Part shown: piece after piece, positions 12,026-23,479 of the stretch
Layout of the letters: the number at the start of each line of letters is the position of its first letter
Numbering within the stretch: position 1 is the first letter of the stretch
NCBI GenBank assembly: GCA_964016885.1
Contig: OZ024742.1
Coordinates: 137,392,001 to 137,456,000 of the forward strand
Direction: 5' to 3'
Source: Eledone cirrhosa
Taxonomy: Eukaryota
DNA: 64,000 bases
Translations under genes and position numbers: made by a program
Notes under the pieces: generated by a model
Told to the model about the DNA's origin: nothing
The model's input: the letters and a program-made list of their open reading frames with translations, nothing else
The model's database searches: none

Positions 12026-14965
12026 ATGGCAGTACTAAGAATAGGCAGCATAAATGCACGTAGCCTGGGGTTTCTTGGAAGCAGGGTCACCTGCTGAACG
12101 ACCTCAGTTCACTAAACATAGATGTGGTGGCCATCAGTGAGACCAGAATCTCCGAAGCACGGGCCTTCGCACCGGTCCTCGGCGGCTACAATGTATACGT
12201 ATCTCCCAGCCGTCGAGAATCGGGGCAGGAGTTGCTGTGCCTTTTAGGAGAAGCTTGGATCTCGCCATACGAGCCATCTTCCTGGACACAGAAGGCAAGT
12301 CGGTGGTATTGGACGTGACCGGCAGCGAAGGCAATGCTTTCAGGCTAGTAGCCATCTACGCCCCAACAGGGGCAGCACGGCCAGATTTCTTCAGATGTCT
12401 AGAGACCTTTCTTGGAATGTCCCGCTCTTTAGTGTTAGTGGGCTACTGGAACGGTATCTTAGATGCACGCTGGGATTATGTGGGGCTAGTATAAAGGACA
12501 GGAGGGTGTAAAAGCCTCAACAAACTGCTCAAACGTTTTGAACTGTCTGACAGGTATAGACTGGATTATCCGAATGTACCAATGTGGACATGGGCAAACC
12601 GCATTAGATAGGGTATTCTGTAGGGAAACAGATAAGGCTAGTGTAATTTGTCCACAATTTAAAGTAGTCGAATACACGGACCACAAATTCGTGATCTGTG
12701 AGGTCGACTTAGACAGACTTCATAGGCAAGGACCCGGCTACTGGAAGCTGAACGTGTCGTTCCCGGCGCGCAAAGATTACAGAAACCGGATTAGCGAATT
12801 AGTTAAGCGTGTGTTGACTGGTGCGATCGTCAACAACAGGTGGTTGTTTACCCTGAAAAGGGCTATTAGAGTAGAATCGATAAGGTTTAGCAAAGGAGTA
12901 GTGATAGAGGAAAATTGAGTAGAGGGAGAGCTAATTAGAAAACTAGAAAAGGCGGTTAGGACAGGCATCGCAACCGACGTTGAGATTGGCACTTGACCAA
13001 TTCTTCAACGCCAAGAATGAAGGATGCGTTGGCAGAGCTAGAGCACGTGCTCTGAGACACGAGGGGACGAAAGCCGTTCAATGGGCCCGGGTAGTGGAAG
13101 CGCGACATGGCAACAAATCCACAATACGGTCTTTGCCTGTTCAAAACGGGCGCAAATTGCTCGAACCCGAGCAGATGTGTGCGGCTTTTCAACAGCACTC
13201 TGCTCGATTGTTCGGGGGCAGCGGCGGACAGGATCGGAGTATGGACTTCGATGCATACATTGACGGACTGCCACGGCTCTCAGCAATCGCACCACAGTGC
13301 TGCGAAAGGCTGACAACAGCAGGTGAAATAAGGGCAGCGATTTCTAACTGCACGAGGGGTAAATCGCCATGTATGGATGGTCTACCCTACGAGCTTTATG
13401 CGTACATGCCAGACTTGATCGGCGACCTCTTGACAGATGTATATTGCAATTGGCAGCAGAAGGGGAGCATTCCCAGTTTTGTGAGCCGGGGAGCTGTGGC
13501 GCTGTTGAGAAAAGACCAGAGAAAAAGGAGACGTTATAGACAACTTCAGGCCCATAACTCTGCTAAACACAGAGTTCAAGATTTTGGACAAGGTGTTAGC
13601 AAAGAGATTGGCACTTGTCGTCGGTAATCTGGTGGAAGAGGCGCAGACAATTGCCATTACGGACAAATCTATCCACGACAACCTCCATCTCATGCGATAC
13701 ATCATAGAGCAGGTGTTTAAGTAACCGGGCACGGGTGGGGTTGTGATCAACTTGGATCAATCTAAACATTTGATAGGGTCGACCATTGCTATCTGGCTGC
13801 GGTCCTCGAGGCGGCCGGCTACGGGCCCGTTTTTAGAGGCTGGATCGCTGCAATGCACAGCGACATCTGCTCGATTGTGAGGGTGAATGGTCACCTGTCG
13901 AAGCCGTTCAGCATCATGCGCCCGGTCCGCCATTGTTGTCCCTTTCGTCCCCCTGTACGTACTGGCTCTCGAGCCATTACTGCACAAATTGGAGACCATG
14001 AGTGGGGTACCTCGCGAACTAGGATGCGGAAGATTTGTGTCGGCTTATGCCGATGTCGTCACAGTTGTGGTGTCGAGTACCAAACACGTCCAGATGCTAG
14101 GCACCGCTCTCAAGGAATACGAAGCGTTGTCAGGAGCAAAGATAAACCATGAAAAGTCGGTAGGCCTGCAACTCAGCAGATGGAGAGGCAAGTCCATGCC
14201 GTCCGACAGCGTCGTGGGGCGCTGGGCGGAAGGACTGGTTAAATTGCTCGGGGTCTGGTTTGGTCCGGACCTCCAGAGGGAAAAGAACTGGCCGTCCTAC
14301 CTTGCCCCCGTCCAACTCTGACAAAAATGGAGCGCCTTCTCTTCCGCGTTTTGTGGAAGGGGCGTGTTCCCATTGTCAAACGATCCATCTGCTTCAGCAC
14401 CCGTTGCTTGGATGACTGGGCATGTCGTGGCTAATGATCCGCAAACATGCGCTGAGGCTGCGACATTTCTGGTGCTTCCTTGACGGTGAACAAGTGTGGT
14501 CGCCGTTTGCCAGACACGCTTTTCCCGCAGTTCGTCTCCTTGACGCAGCTGCTGTCCTGGATCCGAAAAAGACCGAGAGATAGCGCTTGGAAGCTGGAAT
14601 ATCTCCAGGCGCACACCGCTCTCTACCAGCTGGACACAGGTATCGGTGGAACATCCACCTTGGCGTTCTATAGAGGACTAGTGGAGGGGAAGAGCGACGA
14701 GGTTCTCGGGGAGACACTGGACGTCGAAGACGATCAGCTGTTTGTTCTCTTCAAGAGAACTTTCAGCCCAGGACCTATGGACAATTTCCAGAAATCCCTG
14801 ACCTGGCAGTTCTACGGGGAGCGTTGCCGGTTCGAGATAAGCTCTACAGACACGGAGGTGCTGTCAGCCGAGCCTGTCCGGGATGGGCGCATGACGACGA
14901 AACCGTCGTGCACGCACTCGTTCAGTGCCCCAGAATTGCTGACTCGTGAAGCTATGTCGAACAGT
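12026..14965 (+). pseudogene. Tx1-B ORF2 (APE endonuclease + reverse transcriptase), disrupted
   Basis: MAVLRIGSIN, AISETR, LVAIYAP, YTDHK, GPGYWKLN, GKSPCMDGLPYE, SAYAD. Confidence 0.88.
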
Positions 14966-15218
14966 GCGAGAGGGCGCTTGGCCGTGGTCTTTTGTGTGGT
15001 TTTCGCCCTGATTGACACTCGGAGGCTTCCCCCTTATTGGGGTATTTTTATTGTTTGAATTTTAATATATTTTACACGTTTGTGTTTTTATAACCTTTTA
15101 ATACGGCCAAAATCCCACTTTGTATCGTCTTGTGCCGTTTGTAATGTGTTTCTTCATGATAGCCCTTGTGGCCAATAAAGAAACCATTATAATAAAAATA
15201 ATAATTATTATTATTATT

Positions 15219-15282
15219 GTACTGGATAATTGCTGGACTTGTGCCAAAAGTAGAAACAATTATTATTATTATTATTATTATT
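15219..15282 (+). mobile_element. 5'-truncated SINE 3' end in an ATT tract
   Basis: 'gtactggataattgctggacttgtgccaaaagtagaaacaattatt' matches the SINE terminus. Confidence 0.8.
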
Positions 15283-15496
15283 GAGTCTGAACTTTTTTTC
15301 TTTTTTCTCGCTTTCGTAAGTTTATTTATTTACCAGTCAAAACTTATTTATTGAATTTTTTGTTGTTGTGTAAGGCATATAAGCCCTTGGACTTTGCCCT
15401 GTGAAGGGGAAACAATAATATTTGGGCCTTTTGGCCCAAATATTTGAACTCTTTTACATTTTAAAAAATTATCGAAAAAAACAAAAACAAAAAAAC

Positions 15497-17427
15497 ATGG
15501 ATGAGCCACGCCCCCCAGCGATATGCCTGCTGTAAAAAAACATGGCTGAGCTACGCCCCCCCCCCCCGCGATATGCCTAAGTTGAGAGGGGTGCTACGGC
15601 GATATTAACAGAAATTGATACAACAAACACCACCACAAACAATGTGAATAAAGACAGCAATAACAACACTGAGAACTCTAATTTTGAAAAAAATGACAGT
15701 AACAGCGACAACGAAAATACAGATAAAACAAAAAATGGCAAATGCAACAACAATATCAACACAACTAACATGAAAACAACAATAATAACAGCGACAGTGA
15801 TAAAAACAACACCAAGAAGAACAACGACAACAACAACAACACACCCAACAACAAGAACACATTCGCTGCGGCAAGCAGCCAAAAAGAAGCCATGCTTCAA
15901 CATGGACCTTTAAACAAAGATGAAAAGTTGGCCCAGGCCTGGAGGCTCATCAAACAAGAGCAAACCTGGGTCAACTTAACTGTCCCGGTAGAAGCTATTG
16001 AGGCAGTGGAGCGCAGAACGGTGCATTATAGATGCATCTCAGCACAAACCAAAAGGGCAGCTTTAATCCCACAGGCAGATGTCGAAGTCGCACTGAGGTG
16101 CATCAGAGATGACAACGAATACATAGCGAGGGGCAGACAGTACGGCACCATTTCGGTGCTGTTCAGGTCAGAAGCCATCGCTATGAAACACGCTATGACT
16201 CCTTGCAAAACCAGCAAGGTCATAATGTACCCCTTCCACATGGGAAAAAGATCGGTCTGTCTCCGCATTCCGAGAATCCCACCAGGATTGACATATGGTG
16301 GTTTCTGGGATATGTGATTGTGGAGGGGATAGATACCGTCCCGATAGAAGTGACAAGAATGGCCAAAGAGGACTGGTCCGGGGCTGACCTGGAGATACTT
16401 CTGCAGATCAGGCCGGAGAATGTGAAGACAATCCCGGACTACATCCGCCTTCAGAATGGGACGGTCATTCATATTATTACCGAGGGCAAATGGCTGCATT
16501 GTTTTGTTTGTGGGGAAAAAACCCATTTGCGAGCCTTCTGCCCTCAACAACTGAAAGATGCAAGGGATTGAAGTGCTCCACTGCTGCCGTCGCCGGGGCG
16601 AGGACCACAACCAACACCAGCACCAGCAAAACCACCAACAACACCAATAGAAAGATAACCACCAACATTGTCCACTCAGGGGGGAAACGAGGAAAGTTGT
16701 CAAATCCCCCCCCCCCCCCCAAAAAAAAAAATAAACACATCAATAAAAACATGAACACAATAACAGACACAGACCCCTCATCTACCAGTAGTGAAGATGA
16801 GGGAAAACAAAAATCCCCCAAAATACAAAAAAGGAAACACAAAAAGAAAAAAAAACTCAACAAAGCACAAAATCACCCACAATAAAAAACGCAGACACCA
16901 CCCACGCAAACATCTCTCCAATAACACCAACATCAACATCACCATCACCATCACCAGAATCCTCCAAACGCAAACAACCTAAACAGACGCAAGAACAAAT
17001 ACACACACAAACATCTGAAACCACAGGCACCGCACTCACAACAAACACAGACACAACCGAAACAACACCACCAAAACAATCACCACCACAGCCACGCAAG
17101 CAAAAAAAATCACACCAACAAAACATACAAAACTTCGTGCTCGTCAGGAGGGCCAACAAGGAACTGATGTCCTTCGTAGCACGAAGTAAAAATATACAAA
17201 ATGAGGTGGACATTTTTAAATCGAGCACATTTCGCGTGCCGGAAGATTTGGTTCTGCTGCGAATGTCGATCGAATTATACAAAGAAATACGAGACAGCTT
17301 TCCTCGGGTCGGGGGAACCTCGAACGTAAAACCAACTTCAAGACTTTTAAAGTGGTTCCCAAAAGAAACCCCACCAACTATGGAGGTCGTACAACCTGAC
17401 CTTCACAAGAGCTCGGAAGGTAAGTAA
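15497..17427 (+). pseudogene. Tx1-C ORF1, disrupted
   Basis: Pieces 15644-15913, 15892-16317, 16203-16571 (knuckle), 16490-16885 and 17137-17427. Confidence 0.75.
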
Positions 17428-17459
17428 ACTTTTCCTCTCTCTCTGTTTAACCTGCCAAC

Positions 17460-20400
17460 ATGGCCGTATTAAGAGTAGGATCCTTAAATGTTCGAGGCCT
17501 GGGATCGTCCTGGAAGCAGGGTCACCTGCTCAATGACCTCAGGTCTCTAGAAATGGATGTAATTGCTGTCAGCGAGACCAGGATTTCCGACACGCGCGCA
17601 GAAGCCCCCATTTTCGACGACGACTATCAGATCTTTGCATCTGTTAGCCGGCCGGGAATGGGAGGTGGGGTGGCAGTGATGTTTAGGAAAGGCATGGATC
17701 TCGAGGTAAGGTCGATCTTCCGGGACCCGGACGGGAAGTTGGTGGTCCTGGCCGTGAACAATAACGAAGGTGGTGGCTTTAGACAGGTGGCCGTCTATGC
17801 TCCTAATGGGGCAGGACGGCCGGACTTCTTTAGACGCATGGAAGCCTTTCTGGGCACGTCTCGCCCTTTACTGTTAGCGGGGGACTGGAACGGTATATTA
17901 GACGCACGCTGGGACTGTGTGGGAGTATCCGATAGGAGCGGGTGGTGCAAAAGCCTCAGGAACCTGATCAGCCAGTTCCAACTGTCTGACAGGTACCGAC
18001 TAGATTTCCCTAATGCGCCAGTGTGGACCTGGGCTAACCGCATAAGGTCATCTAGATGGTATATATACAGTATATTCATTAGGAAAATAGACAGAAATAG
18101 TGTAAGCTGTCCAGGTCGCCTATTCAGATCACAAGTTTGTGATCTGTATGGTCGACCTAGATAAGACGCGTATGTTAGGACCTGGTTACTGGAAGCTAAA
18201 CATGTCATTTCCGGCACGTAAGGCTTACAGGGACCAGGTCAACAATTTAGTTAAGAAAACGTTGATAGCGGGAGTCGTCAACAATAGATGGTGGGGGGGG
18301 GGGCTCTCAAAAGAAATGTTAGAGTAATGTCGATAGAGTTTAGCAAAGAAGTAGCGTTAGAGAAAAATAAAAAGGAGGGGGAGTGGTAGATAAGTTAAAC
18401 GAGGCTATTGGTAGTGGCATTGCCACTGACGAGCTAGCGGCGAGAATGGCATTAGACCATTTCTTCAAAGCGAAACACGAGGGTTGCATTGTCAGAGCTA
18501 AGGCGCGTGCTCCGAGAAACGAGGGAACCAAAGCTGTTCGATGGGCCCGCGCGGCAGAGGCGCAGCGTGGTAATAAAACCACGATTCGGTCTTTGACGGA
18601 CCGTGACGGACACGAGCTGAACGATTCCAAGCGGTTGTGTGAGGCCTTTCGCCAACATTTGGCTCGATTGTTCGGGGGAAGTGGCGGGTCAGAGATGGTG
18701 GCGGACTTCAGTCCCTACCTCGATGGCTTGCCGCAACTCTCGACGGTTGACGCTGGGCGCTGCGAAAGGCCAATCACTTCAGCCGAGATTCAGGATGCTC
18801 TTGTCGGCTGCATGAGGCGCAAGTCACCCGGTTTGGATTATCTGCCTTACGAGCTTTACGTAAATATGCCAGACTTGTTATCCTATCTCCTCGAAGCCCT
18901 CTATGGCAACTGGCAGCAAAACGGGGGAATTCCCAGATCTGTGAGGTGGGGCGTAGTAACGCTGATAAGCAAAGACGAAAACAAGAGGGACACATAAACC
19001 AATTTCAGGCCCATAACTCTGCTCACACAGAGTTTAAGATTTTGGCCAGGGTGTTAGCGAAGAGGTTGGCGCTTGTCGTCGGGGATTTGGTTCAGGGGGC
19101 GCAAACTTGCGCAATCCCAACCAGGTCCATACACGATAACCTCCACCTAATGCGATACATCATAGAGAGTGTAGGGTGTAAACCTGGCTTCGATGGGGCT
19201 CTGATCAATTTAGATCAATCGAGAGCATTCGATAGGGTCGACCATCGGTAGCTGGAGGCTGTCCTCAAGGCGGCTGGCTTCGGCCCCACCTTCAGAAGCT
19301 GGATCGCTGCAATGCACAGCGGCACCTGCTCGATGGTCAAAATTAATGACCACCTCTCGGAACTGTTTCAGGTCTCCCGATAGGTCGGTCCGTGAAGGGT
19401 GCTCTCTCTCCTCCCTTCTGTACGTATTGACTCTCGAGCCTTTACTGCGGCAGCTGGAGCTGTTGCAGGGCATCCCGCTCGAACCGGGACGCGGAAAGGC
19501 TGTGTCGGCTTATGCGGACGACATCACCGTGATGGTGTCGGACACCTCAGAAATCGAGGTGGTCGGCAACTTATTGGAGGAATATGAAAGGTTGACGGGA
19601 GCAAAACTTAACCCGGAAAAGTCGGTGGGCTTGCACCTCGGCACCTGGAGAGGCAAGTTCATGCCGTCCAACAGCGTCGTTAGGCGCTGGACGGACGGAC
19701 TGGTAAAGTTGCTAGGGGTTTTGTTTGGACCAGACCTCCAGGTGGATAAGAATTGGGACGAGGTGACGGGCAGGGTAGTCAGTCTGACCCAGAAATGGGC
19801 TGGGATGAAGCTATCACTGAAATGTCGGGCGGAGGTGGCGAACGCGTACATCGCGTCCGTCATCTACTACCGTCTGACCGTCGTCCCTTGCCCCCGTTCA
19901 CGCCTAGCCATCTTGGAGCGGCTCCTCTTCAAATTCTTATGAGGGGGTCAGGTTACGCTGGTGAGGCGGTCCATCTGCTGCAAGCACCCTCTTCGTGGAG
20001 GGCTGGGCATGCCGTGGCTAATGATGCGCAGTCACGCGCTGAAGCTGCGGCATCTCCAGATATTCTGCCTAAACGGTGAACAAGTGTGGTCGCCGTTTGT
20101 CAGACGGGCCTTTCCGCAGCTCGTTTCTTTGACTGAGCTTCAGTCCTGGGTCAAAAAGAGACCGAGACTGGGTGACTGGCATCTGGAATGCTGCTAGGCA
20201 CTCACTGCCCTCTACCAGGCGGGCAATGCGGTCAGTGGAACTACCACTCTCGTGTTCTATAGAAGATTAGTGGTGGGCAAGTGCGCCGACGCACTCGGAG
20301 AGGTTCTGGGGGTCAACGAAGTCGAACTAACCAGTCTGTACCGGAGGACCTTTGAGCCGGGGACGATGGATAATTTCCAAAATCCCTCGCTTGGCAGTGC

Positions 20401-20888
20401 TACCGGGGGGCACTGCGGGTTCGACATGAACCCTACAGGCACGGAAGTGCTGTCAGACGGACCTGCCCGAGATGCACGCAGAGCGACGAAACCGTTCTGC
20501 ACGCACTCGTCCAGTGTCCGTGCATTACTGACTTGTGGAGTTATGTTGAACAGCTGTTGTCGCGTGTAGAACGGATCCGGCATCGGCCGAGTCCATAGTG
20601 AAGATCGACCCGCCGCCTTCTTTTGGCCAGGAAGGGCAGGCAATTTTCCTCTGTCTGGTGGCAGTAGCGAAAGAGGTTGTATGGTAGACGAGGTTGAAAG
20701 GACTGAAGACAGATACTTTTCTCTTCGGCCAATCCTTCATCATCTTTTTCAAGTTTCACTTGGAAAGGAAGGTGAGGGTGGAGAGAGAAGTGCTGCCCCC
20801 CACCACCACCAGTACATTTGCTTAAAAGTGGGTGAATGTGGCGAGAATGGCCCGTGTGAGTGGGCCTACTCTGGTCATGCGGCTGTAG
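17460..20888 (+). pseudogene. Tx1-C ORF2 (APE + RT + C-terminal cysteine-rich region), disrupted
   Basis: MAVLRVGSLNVRG, AVSETR, VAVYAP, LAGDWNG, GPGYWKLN, NLDQSRAFDRVDH, SAYADD, GGLGMPWL. Confidence 0.9.
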
Positions 20889-21165
20889 GTAGGTAAATTT
20901 GAGGAGGAGAGGGGTGCCCTTCCCGGGTGCTATCGAAGCATCGGGTCGTTCAGGATTGGTGTGGTACCTGAGCGAACCCTGGGTGGTCATCCCCCCTATT
21001 GGGGAATTTTTCTTGTTATATTTTTCTTGTTAATTTGTTATTTTTATTCGTATTGTTTACTCGATTTTTCTGTAAAATCCCACTGTCCCAGTCTTTTGTA
21101 TTGTCCCCTATATGTCGGCCCTTGTGGCCAATAAATGAAATCATTATTATTATTAGTAGTGAATT

Positions 21166-21367
21166 GGGCGGAGAATTGGCAGTATCGGTAGAGGGTCGGA
21201 CGCCATGCTTTGACGCATAGATATACGGCCCTTGCCATTCTGAGTTCAAATCCCGCCGACGTTAACTTTGCCTTTCATCCTTACGTGGTCGATAAAATAA
21301 AGTACCAGTAATACACTGGGCAATTGCTGGCCTTGTGCCAAAAGTAGAAACAATTATTATTATTATT
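21166..21367 (+). mobile_element. tRNA-derived SINE, full length, with about 18-bp TSD
   Basis: A box TGGCAGTATCGG and B box GAGTTCAAATCC. Flanked by attattattattagtagt at 21143-21160 and 21356-21373. Confidence 0.9.
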
Positions 21368-21440
21368 AGTAGTAGTAGTAGTTGTAATAGTAGTAGTAGT
21401 AGTAATAGTAGTAATATCAGTAGTAGTAGTAGTAGAAGTT
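21368..21440. repeat. (TAG)n-rich microsatellite
   Basis: Imperfect AGT run. Confidence 0.9.
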
Positions 21441-22329
21441 GAGATTATTGTTGATGGTAGTGCTGGTGCTGGTGCTTGGGTAGCTCTAATATTAGTAGTA
21501 ACTAAGGTTGTGGTGCTGGTTTTGTTGGAGTTGGTGTTGGTGATAATGTTTGAGTTCTTTGTTCTGTGAAAGAGGCGTTATAATCTCATGAAACATTTCT
21601 TCTGAAAGAGGAATAAAACATCCGCTGCAACTCTGTATGATACAATAGTACACCGTCAAAATGAAGTACTGATAGAAAGTGACAATTAGCAAGCCGACAC
21701 TATTGGTAATTTGACAGTTTAGTCCTATATTTGTTACATGTGGATCAGTTTTAATCCATTTCCTTTCTTTGATATCTCTTTAAGGTTTCTTTCCTTTCCG
21801 ATTTCCCCTTGATTAGATGAGGCAATTAATACCTACATTTTTCACAGGCCAACAGGAAATAAAGAACACTATTCTTAGCCATTAAGTTCTAACTGGAATT
21901 AAATGAATATTCTGAGGGTATTAATAGGCAGTTATATCACCAGAGAATCCAAAGAAATAGCATTTGTCGTGAAGAAATGGAGAAGGACAATAATTATAAT
22001 TTCTTACATGCATTACAATATACGGAATATTTTATTTATGTGAGAGCTTTGGTCCTTTGAATGAATATAACTAAATACCTGGTTCATAGCTTATTGATTT
22101 CATATGCTGGAATATATTACGTACAATAACGTTCTTAAATGTGTAAGTTCTGACTGGCATATTGCTTCTTCTAATATCTTATATTGTGGGATTCTGATGT
22201 TATTTCAATGAATAGCAATTTATTCTGAAAGGCTTTAATTGAACTTTTCTCATATTAATTTGAGCGGAAATTTTGGACGAAAATATGCTGCCTCTTCAAC
22301 AAATAAATAAAGAATTGTCCTAACAATCT

Positions 22330-22515
22330 GTGGATTAGCAGTATCGGTAGATCATCAGACACCATGCTTTGCAGCAGAGTTACGGCCCTTTACGTTCTGA
22401 GTTCAAATCCCGCCAAGGTCAAGTTTGCTTTCAACCTTCCGGGATCGATAAAATAAAGCAACAGTAATGCACTGGGGGTAATTGCTGGCCTTGAGCCAAA
22501 AGTAGAAACAGTTAT
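22330..22515 (+). mobile_element. tRNA-derived SINE
   Basis: Same A/B boxes, central domain and 'ggccttgagccaaaagtagaaac' tail. Confidence 0.85.
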
Positions 22516-22589
22516 ATTATCCATAGGAGTAAGGAAATCCACGCTGTTAATTTAGAAAAAGAATTTTGCAAGTTCTTCACACCCGGCAC

Positions 22590-22810
22590 TTTCAGCTTAA
22601 CTTGCCGCCTACAAGTGACAAAGTCGAATGAGAGATGATGGAGGGGAAAAAATAGTCTAGAAATAGAATGTGCTCATATGAAAGACCATGCTGGAACACA
22701 AATTATGCGCATTCGGAGACACTATTTACTCAATCTGCACAGATGCCTATGGAGTAACAAATCCCAAAACAAAAATACCTCCTCGGAAATCCAGGCGCCA
22801 GCGAGAAAAC
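22590..22810 (+). mobile_element. Fossil fragment resembling the pre-RT region of a Hero-like RLE retrotransposon
   Basis: Manual translation LNLPPTSDKVE*...LEHKLCAFGDTIYSICTDAYG...KSRRQRE. Family assignment is from motif recall. Confidence 0.4.
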
Positions 22811-23479
22811 GCTTGGGATATATCATGTTTGTATTTTAACGCACGCCAAGGAAAGTAACTCAGGATGAGTCGTATTTTATAGTATTGATACTAGCGATAC
22901 TGTTGACGCCTCACCGCTACCATGACTACCAACATTAGTTTTCCAAACAAAAAAAAAACGTTTAAATTTAACTTTGAAAGTAGAGGCAAAGGAGAGGAGT
23001 GTCAGCTAGATCCTGTAAATACACACGTCCCCGATATCCGGATGGCTAAATGTCAGCAGAAGGGCGCCCAAGACTTATGACCTGATGCGGCCCGGCCTCC
23101 TTAGGGTGAAAGAAACTAAGGGTTTAAACATTGGTTTGAGATGAGTTTCTTCTCTGAAGACCTGCAGTTCAGAATTCCTGAGGGTTTCATATCACTCTGG
23201 GTTATGCATGTTGACCAGATTGTTATGAAACACGGAATATTTTCGCCATCACATTCAACCTTTTAGGAATAGCTTGAGCTCAAACATTTTCTGGTGTGAT
23301 TAACCACCCTCGTAATCAGACTCTCTCAAATCTCTTCTAATAACATTAAAATAAAAGATTAAGCATCTTAAAGGAGTCGTCTATCCGGCATGGTGCTCTT
23401 TCTGGTTTGGAACTGTATTCTCTTGCTGATTTCATATCTTGATTCATTCTTATTTTCCTCTCTTCTCTCATCTTGTTTT

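Larger units (their letters stand above)
9546..15190 (+). mobile_element. Tx1-clade LINE family B, full-length but decayed
   Basis: Duplicated 5'UTR monomer, ORF1 with CIDCGSKSHLRAFC, ORF2 with APE and RT, tail 'gcccttgtggccaataaagaaaccatt'. Flanked by ATT-type tracts. Confidence 0.9.
15283..21154 (+). mobile_element. Tx1-clade LINE family C, full-length (about 5.9 kb) but decayed
   Basis: ORF1 with CFVCGEKTHLRAFC, ORF2 APE-RT, tail 'ggcccttgtggccaataaatgaaatcattatt'. ATT tracts at both ends. Confidence 0.92.

Noticed and set aside
21166-21260. tRNA gene (A and B boxes)
   Set aside because: It is a SINE head with long box spacing followed by SINE body and tail; no cloverleaf.
23078-23125. 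CTGATGC...GAAA hammerhead-like motif
   Set aside because: The core is mismatched and there is no stem I.
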